Shown one piece after another: positions 1-6,196 of a stretch of DNA of 14,215 nucleotides. Location: assembly GCA_041736305.1 (NCBI GenBank), contig JBGSTX010000269.1:1-14215 (forward strand), written 5' to 3'. The stretch's first letter is position 1, and every line of letters begins with the position of its first letter. This DNA is from Oligoflexus sp. GTDB taxonomy: Bacteria > Bdellovibrionota_B > Oligoflexia > Oligoflexales > Oligoflexaceae. Made by a program: the position numbers and the translations under genes. The notes beneath the pieces were generated by a model. That model worked only from the letters and a program-made list of their open reading frames with translations. It was not told the origin of the DNA and did not search any database.

Positions 1-70
1 ACGGAAGTCAAGCTTCTCAGCGGCAATGGTACTGCAGGTTTACCTGTGGGAGAGTAGCTCGGTGCAGCCT
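1..70 (+). rRNA. rrf: 5S rRNA, 3' portion (5' part lies upstream of the window)
   Basis: ACGGAAGTCAAGC...CAGCGGCAATGGTACTGCAGG-TTTA-CCTGTGGGAGAGTAGCTCG matches the conserved 5S pattern: loop C/helix III end, loop E strands ATGGTAC / GGAGAGTA, and helix IV hairpin TGCAGG-TTTA-CCTGTG. It is followed by a strong terminator. The exact 3' end is approximate. Confidence 0.95.
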
Positions 71-79
71 TTAAAATAG

Positions 80-119
80 CAAAGCCCCTCGGACTTCGGT
101 TCGAGGGGCTTTGTCTTTT
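80..119 (+). terminator. Rho-independent terminator of the rRNA transcript
   Basis: Hairpin CAAAGCCCCTCGGAC-TTCG-GTTCGAGGGGCTTTG (80-113) with a C(UUCG)G tetraloop and one G-U pair, followed by TCTTTT. It lies ~10 nt after the 5S end. Confidence 0.9.
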
Positions 120-189
120 CGCCTTGCTTGACCACCTCTCCGAAGCATGTTCTCTAGATGCAAAGCAATTCTCGGAAAGGATAGTTCAC

Positions 190-1023
190 ATGGTCGAATC
201 ACCCTTCAAGAACGACATCTTCAAAGGCAAAGTCGCATTTATCACTGGTGGCGGTAGCGGCATCAACTTCGGTGTAGCCAAAGCCTTGGCCAGTCACGGC
301 GCAGCTATTGCGATGATGGGACGGCGCGAAGAAGTGCTTAAGGAAGCTTGCGCCGAACTTTCGAAATTCGGTGTGAAAACTTTTTATAAATCGGGAGATG
401 TTCGCGATCCCGAAGCCTGTGAAAGCGCAGTCGAAGGAGCCGTCGCCGCTCTAGGTAAGCTCGATATACTGGTGAATGGAGCGGCCGGCAATTTTCTTTG
501 CCCTCCTGAAATGCTTTCACCGAATGGATTTAAGACCGTCATCGATATCGATCTCAATGGCACCTTTAATATGTGCCGCATGGCCTTCAAACATCTGGAG
601 AAGAGTCGGGGCCTCATCCTCAATATTTCAGCCACGCTGCACTACGTCGGAACCCCATTTCAAAGCCATGTTTCGGCAGCCAAGGCAGGTATCGACGCCT
701 TAACAGTCAACCTTGCCGCTGAGTGGGGACGCCTTGGAATCCGCGTTTGCGGTATTGCCCCAGGCCCTATCGGCGATACTGAAGGCATGCGTCGCCTGGC
801 TCCGGGTGAAGTAGGTGAAAGAATCAAGAAACTAATTCCGCTGGGCCGCTTCGGAGAGACGGCCGAAATAGGCATGGCGGCAGTGTTTCTTGCATCCTCG
901 GCGGCGCAGTATATTACCGGTGCAACCCTCGTTGTCGATGGCGGTGAGTGGATGGCACGTCCATCCTTGGTACCCAGGGAAATGGTCGAGCAGATGGTGG
1001 CCAAGACAGCCAAGAAAGGCTAG
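190..1023 (+). CDS. SDR-family oxidoreductase, peroxisomal-type 2,4-dienoyl-CoA reductase-like
   Basis: TGGGSGI Rossmann motif, NGAAGNF, NISAT, and QSHVSAAKAG (His in place of the usual YxxxK Tyr, as in DECR2/SPS19-type enzymes), plus IAPGPI and ITGATLVVDGG. Start moved from the track's TTG at 124 to ATG 190, which follows a purine-rich GGAAAGGA. Confidence 0.88.
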   Translation: MVESPFKNDIFKGKVAFITGGGSGINFGVAKALASHGAAIAMMGRREEVLKEACAELSKFGVKTFYKSGDVRDPEACESAVEGAVAALGKLDILVNGAAGNFLCPPEMLSPNGFKTVIDIDLNGTFNMCRMAFKHLEKSRGLILNISATLHYVGTPFQSHVSAAKAGIDALTVNLAAEWGRLGIRVCGIAPGPIGDTEGMRRLAPGEVGERIKKLIPLGRFGETAEIGMAAVFLASSAAQYITGATLVVDGGEWMARPSLVPREMVEQMVAKTAKKG

Positions 1024-1024
1024 T

Positions 1025-1645
1025 TCAGTACTTCAGGCGATAGTAGGCCCATTTCAGATATTCATTGAAGACCATAAGAAAGTCGTGCTCCTGCTGATAC
1101 CAGGCAGCTGGTTCAGGAGGAGGCAAGGAACTGAGACTGAAATTATGAGGAGGCGTGTTGGATTTTTCAAAGATCCAATGGGCCCGACTTGAGTGATACC
1201 AACTCGTCACAAGAATGACTCGCCGCGCCTGAGGTAAGGCTTGCTGTATCGTCGCGAAGACGGCGGCTGCTTCCTCAAAGGTACTGCTTACCTCCTTGTC
1301 TCTCCCGAAAACTAAGGCTTCATTGGGCACCCCAAGAGCCTGCAGATAACGATAGGTGGACTCTCCATCCGGTGGACGAATTCCCGGAATGGCCGAAGTT
1401 TTTTCAGCTTCGACGAATACGATCTTAGGCGCGAGGCCACGTTTCCACAGCTCAGCAGCTCTCTCCGTCCGATCTTTTACGCTCCCCATGAGAACTACAA
1501 TCGCATCGGCCTGAGCAGCTGTATCTGATCTATAGATGTAATGAGCCGGCCAAGTGCGACTAGGTGAGTAAACGAGGAAGAGTCCGACAATTCCCAGGAC
1601 TAGGAAGCAAGGGATCCAGCCTAGAAAACATATGAGGCGACGCAT
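1025..1645 (-). CDS. YdcF/ElyC/SanA (DUF218) family membrane-anchored protein
   Basis: N-terminal hydrophobic helix; ADAIVVLMG, R..RAAELW..G, STFEEA, ILVTSWYHSSRA and C-terminal EYLK motifs typical of DUF218. Confidence 0.85.
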   Translation of the reverse strand: MRRLICFLGWIPCFLVLGIVGLFLVYSPSRTWPAHYIYRSDTAAQADAIVVLMGSVKDRTERAAELWKRGLAPKIVFVEAEKTSAIPGIRPPDGESTYRYLQALGVPNEALVFGRDKEVSSTFEEAAAVFATIQQALPQARRVILVTSWYHSSRAHWIFEKSNTPPHNFSLSSLPPPEPAAWYQQEHDFLMVFNEYLKWAYYRLKY

Positions 1646-2380
1646 TTACATCAGACTCCCGGGCGAAGCTGGGACTAATCCCTCGCTCAGCATGGCATTC
1701 ATGCGATTCATCAGTCTTCTATGAAAGTTGTAAACTTGTCGCTTCAAGGCAGCCGGATCAGTGGCCGCTGGAGGCGGGTACATAGGCGCGCTCAGAAAAT
1801 GTTCGAGCTTGACGGGTCGGGGAATGGCCGTGGGACCTAGGCCTCGCGCCATGAAGAAGGGCAGGCGAAACCTACGATAGATCCAGCGGGTCATGTTCGA
1901 ATCATAAACCTTATAGATGTCATCAGCTCGTGGACAGGCCGCCAGTATCACCGGAGTCCCGGTTTCCACCGCCAGCCGCGCAAAACCTTTGCGGCGATTC
2001 CAGTAGATGCGATAGCGCTCAGTCGAAGGACGCAGCGATTCCTGCATCCCGCCGGGAGCGAGATAGAGCAGCTCACCGTTCTTAAGCAGCGACGCAGCAT
2101 TATGCTGACTACCGACTATGCAGCCCAGTCTCTCCATTAGTTCCCCTAGACCAGGCATTACGTAGAAGGCCCGATCGATAAGTGAACGCGGCATCCGGCC
2201 CGAATGTTCGTAGACGGATAGCATAAGGAGAAGCATATCGTATGTCGCTAAACTATGGTTAGTCGCAATGATGGCTGGTCCCGAGCCCGGAATATGCTGC
2301 AAACCATGCGTCTCGTGGCGATGATATGCCCGGACCATCTGCAGAAAGGGGCGTAGTTTTAGAGTAAATTCTTCGTCCAT
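1646..2380 (-). CDS. Lysophospholipid/diacylglycerol acyltransferase family protein (PlsC/DGAT2-like)
   Basis: GLQHIP..GPAIIATNHSLATYD (catalytic His...Asp), APGGMQES, W..RKGFARLAVETGTPVI. Its stop abuts the ATG of the DUF218 gene. Confidence 0.87.
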   Translation of the reverse strand: MDEEFTLKLRPFLQMVRAYHRHETHGLQHIPGSGPAIIATNHSLATYDMLLLMLSVYEHSGRMPRSLIDRAFYVMPGLGELMERLGCIVGSQHNAASLLKNGELLYLAPGGMQESLRPSTERYRIYWNRRKGFARLAVETGTPVILAACPRADDIYKVYDSNMTRWIYRRFRLPFFMARGLGPTAIPRPVKLEHFLSAPMYPPPAATDPAALKRQVYNFHRRLMNRMNAMLSEGLVPASPGSLM

Positions 2381-2395
2381 AACACATTTGATCCG

Positions 2396-3346
2396 TTATA
2401 TCGGGAAACGGCCGCGAAACACTATCTGTCCAGGCCCAGCCAGGGTCACCGAATCGCCTGACTCCTGCTGTTTTATATACAAACGTCCTCCAGGCATATC
2501 GATGCCTATCCATTGCTTCCGATCAGAAACCCCGCCGGCAAACAAAGCTGCCCCGATGGCAGAAGCACCGCTGCCGCAGGACTGGGTTTCCCCTGCCCCT
2601 CGTTCCCAGACGAAGACTTGGTAGAGCTCCTCTATGGGTTTGCCTAAAATTTGTGCAGATACGCGGCGATCCGTATCCTGGACCAATTTCGAAGCGATCA
2701 GATGGACATTGATACCATCCCATAAAGGAGAGTCTTGTAAGATTGGCCCTAGTCGGCGAATAAGATCGCGGCTGACTCGATCAAGATGAAATATGAGATG
2801 ACGATTACCGATTGAGACAAAAGACCAATCAGCCTTTAGTTCGGGAAGCCCCAACGATTGAGCGCGAGCGGCGATGAAAGACTTCACAGCCTGGTAATCA
2901 GCGTTGGCTTCGTTGATAAGCGGGTAACCCATTTCCACGGCTACCAAAGGCAATTGACCCGAACGGCTTGCCTGAAGAGAGCCTAGAAAACGGCACTGAA
3001 CCACGTTATTTTCAAGCTGGATTTCGAGCGTATCGGGGATATCGATCTTTGCTTCGGCCTCGCGATGTTTCAGAAGTATAGATAAGGCTGCGCAGCGAAT
3101 GCCATTGCCACAGGTTTGAGCTATTGAGCCGTCGCTGTTGATGATGCTGAGCTTATACGGCATAAGATCGCGGCTGGTCTTAGTCCTCAAAACGAGCAGC
3201 CCGTCGGCACCAATCCCACTTCCATCGCGGGTACAGATGGCAGGAGCCTGTCGCACCAGACTCTGGAAGGCGACATCGTCATGAGGGAACCATGTCAGGA
3301 CAAAATCGTTCTTGGTGCCGTGCCACTTTTCGAACTCAAGTTCCAT
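2396..3346 (-). CDS. dapF: Diaminopimelate epimerase
   Basis: FEKWHGTKNDF, GIGADG, NSDGS.AQTCGNGIRC (first catalytic Cys), GN.H, WERGAGETQSCGSGA (second catalytic Cys), MPGG, LAGP. The ATG overlaps the upstream TGA (TGATG). Confidence 0.93.
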   Translation of the reverse strand: MELEFEKWHGTKNDFVLTWFPHDDVAFQSLVRQAPAICTRDGSGIGADGLLVLRTKTSRDLMPYKLSIINSDGSIAQTCGNGIRCAALSILLKHREAEAKIDIPDTLEIQLENNVVQCRFLGSLQASRSGQLPLVAVEMGYPLINEANADYQAVKSFIAARAQSLGLPELKADWSFVSIGNRHLIFHLDRVSRDLIRRLGPILQDSPLWDGINVHLIASKLVQDTDRRVSAQILGKPIEELYQVFVWERGAGETQSCGSGASAIGAALFAGGVSDRKQWIGIDMPGGRLYIKQQESGDSVTLAGPGQIVFRGRFPI

Positions 3347-4089
3347 CAGCTTTCCTCTTGTTCCGCTTCTTGCTTCTTAGGAATGGCGCAGAATTTATAG
3401 CCGCGCCCACGAACACTTTGCAGTAGCAAAGGATGGGAAGGATCTTTCTCCAGATGCTTTCTTAGACGCATGATGAAATTGTCGACCGTGCGCGTCTCGA
3501 CATTACCCTGCAAGCCCCAGACTCGCGTCAGCAGGTGTTTGCGACTCAGAACCTCTTGAGGATGGTCCAAAAATTCTGTTAGGACTTTGGCTTCGAGAGC
3601 TGTCAGTACCACATCGACCAGCGGTCCCTTCAGCTGAAAAGTCACCGGATTCCAGGATAAATCAGCAAATTTCAGCCAGCTCATAGGCCCACTACGGAGA
3701 GGACTGAAGAGTTCGCTGCGAGCAGCCATTCGTTTGACCCGCAGAATGAGTTCCTGGAGGCTGAAAGGCTTGGTCATGTAGTCATCAACACCCTGCTCTA
3801 AACCCTGCAGAATATCTGCTTCCGATGCCCTAGCCGTGAGCATGAGTATCCCCGTGGTACGATCGTTTTCACGAATCTTGCCGGCGATCTCAAAGCCATT
3901 CATCTCGGGAAGCATGACATCAAGTATGATGAGCGCGAAGGGTCCCGCGTTCTCATACTTCTCCATCGCTTCGCGACCATCTTTTGCCACTGTGACTTGA
4001 AAGCCTTCGGTTTGGAGATTGAGCTCCATGTTGAAGGCCAAGTGTGGCTCGTCTTCGACGAGGAGGATATGCTTTGGTCCCATAGTCAT
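3346..4089 (-). CDS. OmpR/PhoB-family DNA-binding response regulator
   Basis: Intact receiver (LLVEDE, IILDVMLP phospho-Asp, LMLTA, DDYMTKPF) plus a winged helix (VWG...TRTVDNFIMRLRK...SVRGRGY). Start could be 4089 or 4083. Confidence 0.95.
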   Translation of the reverse strand: MTMGPKHILLVEDEPHLAFNMELNLQTEGFQVTVAKDGREAMEKYENAGPFALIILDVMLPEMNGFEIAGKIRENDRTTGILMLTARASEADILQGLEQGVDDYMTKPFSLQELILRVKRMAARSELFSPLRSGPMSWLKFADLSWNPVTFQLKGPLVDVVLTALEAKVLTEFLDHPQEVLSRKHLLTRVWGLQGNVETRTVDNFIMRLRKHLEKDPSHPLLLQSVRGRGYKFCAIPKKQEAEQEES

Positions 4090-4210
4090 CAGGTTTTCAG
4101 TGTCCTATCGACGTGGAATATGCAAGTACAAGTTAGATTCGGCTAAACCTCGACCGAAAGCCAGGCTACTGCGGCCCCAGGATGCATGCCGTGAACATAT
4201 TCTTTGCCTA

Positions 4211-5212
4211 TCAATAGCTCAAGATGCTTTCGCGAGATAGCGCGACCGTAAAGGTTGAACCCTTGTTGAGCCCTGGGCTTTCTACCCAGACGCGGCCCTC
4301 CATAGCATTGACGATAGAGCGGACGATGAAGAGTCCAAGTCCTGTCCCAGGTACGGCTTTTTTGACGGCTCTAGGTGAGCGATGAAACATTCTAAATATT
4401 TTCCTTTGCTCGCTCGGTGTCAGACCCATCCCCTGGTCTTTGAGACTAATCCAGATCTCGTAGTCTTTGACAGCAACCGACACCACAATAGGCGAAGCCG
4501 CTGGAGAATACTTGATGGCATTTTCTAAAAGATTACCGAAAACCATCGTCAAAGCCAGACGTGAGCCGCGCAGAATTAGGCTTTCAGAACATTCAATCGT
4601 CAGTCGCTTGGGTAGTAAGGGATCGAGGTGTTGGGGATAGGTGGCGAGACTGAGAAGAAGCTCACGGAAGTTAATCTCCTCTTGCTGACTGCGAAAATCG
4701 ACTATACCTCGGTCAAGCCGACCGGCTATGAGGATGCGATCGACCAGGTGGGCCAGGCGCTCCAGATCTTTTTCGACCATGTGATAGATCTTGTTGCGGA
4801 CATCGTCAGTCAGCTGGCGTCGTTTGATAGTTTCAAAACTGAGCTGAAGGCTGGCCAGCGGCGAGCGGAGTTCATGGGTGACACTTGAAACGAAGAACTT
4901 TTGTTGCCGGAGCATGCTGCCCTGGATCTGCGTGAAAACAAAGAGGACAACGGTTCCCACCAGAATGATCCCGAGAAGTACGCACCCAACGACTAGAGTC
5001 GCGATTCCTGTCGCGGGACTGAAAAGGTTGGATCCACCGAGAATCTTGCTAAGTTTTGCCAGCGTCTCTTGCTGATTGAGGAACCAGTAAACCCAAAGGG
5101 CTAAAATGGTGATCCAGACTATCTGCAGGGCAACAAATACTAAAATTGGATGAGCAAGCCGTTTTAAAAGCTTAAGAATAAACTCGATTATGCGCCGGGT
5201 TTGCATTTGCAT
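4211..5212 (-). CDS. Membrane sensor histidine kinase (HisKA + HATPase_c)
   Basis: Two TM helices, H-box VTHELRSPL, N-box NLLENAIKYS, G1 DQGMG, F-box IFRMF, G2 GTGLGL. Start is uncertain (5227 GTG, or ATG at 5221, 5212 or 5206); 5212 has the best spacing from GAGGTGAGG. Confidence 0.93.
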   Translation of the reverse strand: MQMQTRRIIEFILKLLKRLAHPILVFVALQIVWITILALWVYWFLNQQETLAKLSKILGGSNLFSPATGIATLVVGCVLLGIILVGTVVLFVFTQIQGSMLRQQKFFVSSVTHELRSPLASLQLSFETIKRRQLTDDVRNKIYHMVEKDLERLAHLVDRILIAGRLDRGIVDFRSQQEEINFRELLLSLATYPQHLDPLLPKRLTIECSESLILRGSRLALTMVFGNLLENAIKYSPAASPIVVSVAVKDYEIWISLKDQGMGLTPSEQRKIFRMFHRSPRAVKKAVPGTGLGLFIVRSIVNAMEGRVWVESPGLNKGSTFTVALSRESILSY

Positions 5213-5241
5213 CCATGCCATCCTCACCTCGATTCAAAGTG

Positions 5242-5270
5242 ATCATAGGCGTCGACGAGCGGTCTGTCTC
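5242..5270 (-). promoter_or_regulatory. Putative sigma70-type internal promoter for the kinase/regulator genes
   Basis: Minus strand GAGACA (5270-5265) - 17 nt - TATGAT (5247-5242) in the short gap between the PilZ gene and the kinase. Motif match only. Confidence 0.4.
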
Positions 5271-5277
5271 TGAGAAA

Positions 5278-6186
5278 TCAGCGGGTCTTCGTGCCCCCCG
5301 TAGACGCGTTGTTGCCGAACTGGGCCTTGAGCTTTTGCGTCTGACGACTGAACTGGCGATCCACAATAGCCAGGAGAAGCTGGCCTATAAGATGGGCCTG
5401 ATTATCGGTGACGTGCTCAAAAGATATGGCGGCGCGATTACCAGCAATAAAAACCCGGCGGACCCGAGCCGAGATCTTAATAAAATCTCCGTTCGGATAG
5501 GAAATGTAGTTTGAGATCGGAATATTCAGTTTCATCTGATCACCGAGCCGGAAGATCACATTCTCCTCGGCATTGATCACCGCTCCGTGCATGCTGACGT
5601 CGATCAGCTGCCCATCAATATGTTCGCTCATGTTCAGATGAAAGAAAGTCAGAGGAAGGTTTACCGAATAGCGTCGGCTACGCCTGTGGTTCTGAGTCTC
5701 TATCCCACTCTTAAGCCGAGACATAATCTGCTGGCGTGGTACCCCTGGATAAACGATGTACTCGTCCGCCTCGTGATAGAGGAGGAGCTCTTTGTGATAG
5801 AGCGTGACAAGTTGTTCGGCTTCGCGCGTGAGAAAAAGCACCGGAATAACTTCGCTTCTACGCTTTTCTTTTAGAGTCTTGATGAGACTCATCAGCAGGG
5901 TTTTCTCGGTGAAGTCGTCACTGATCACGAGGAGCGAGATATTTCGGCCAAACTGCCGTTTTAGCTCGTCAGGCGTCTTTGGGCTGGACTGCGCAAGTTG
6001 AGGATGGGACTTCCGCACATAAGAGTCCATCGCTGATGTCAGGTCTTTGTCAAAGCGCTCACCGAGGGCAAAAATCACATAGTTCTTGCGCTTTTTTCGA
6101 GGGCCTTGCAGATATTCTTCAATTTTGGCAGCCGTCTTGTCTTCGATGGTTTCGCCCTTTTTCTTAGTATCCGTGGCTGATGACAT
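5278..6186 (-). CDS. PilZ-domain protein with N-terminal degenerate receiver-like domain
   Basis: RRSRR (RxxxR, 5671-5685) and DVSMHG (DxSxxG, 5584-5601) c-di-GMP-binding motifs followed by a beta-rich domain. The N-terminal half has REC-like SLLVISDD, IPVLFLT and ADEYIVYP segments. Confidence 0.82.
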   Translation of the reverse strand: MSSATDTKKKGETIEDKTAAKIEEYLQGPRKKRKNYVIFALGERFDKDLTSAMDSYVRKSHPQLAQSSPKTPDELKRQFGRNISLLVISDDFTEKTLLMSLIKTLKEKRRSEVIPVLFLTREAEQLVTLYHKELLLYHEADEYIVYPGVPRQQIMSRLKSGIETQNHRRSRRYSVNLPLTFFHLNMSEHIDGQLIDVSMHGAVINAEENVIFRLGDQMKLNIPISNYISYPNGDFIKISARVRRVFIAGNRAAISFEHVTDNQAHLIGQLLLAIVDRQFSRQTQKLKAQFGNNASTGGTKTR

Positions 6187-6196
6187 ACGAATTCTC

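Noticed and set aside
124..189. N-terminal extension of the SDR from TTG 124 (likewise TTG 10393 for GT9 and ATG 9154 for the lipoprotein)
   Set aside because: Longest-ORF artefacts; downstream starts fit the RBS, promoter position and family N-termini better.
338..1192. Short alternative ORFs overlapping the SDR and DUF218 genes, and similar 60-100 aa ORFs inside other genes
   Set aside because: Nested in or antisense to well-supported CDSs, with no recognisable motifs.
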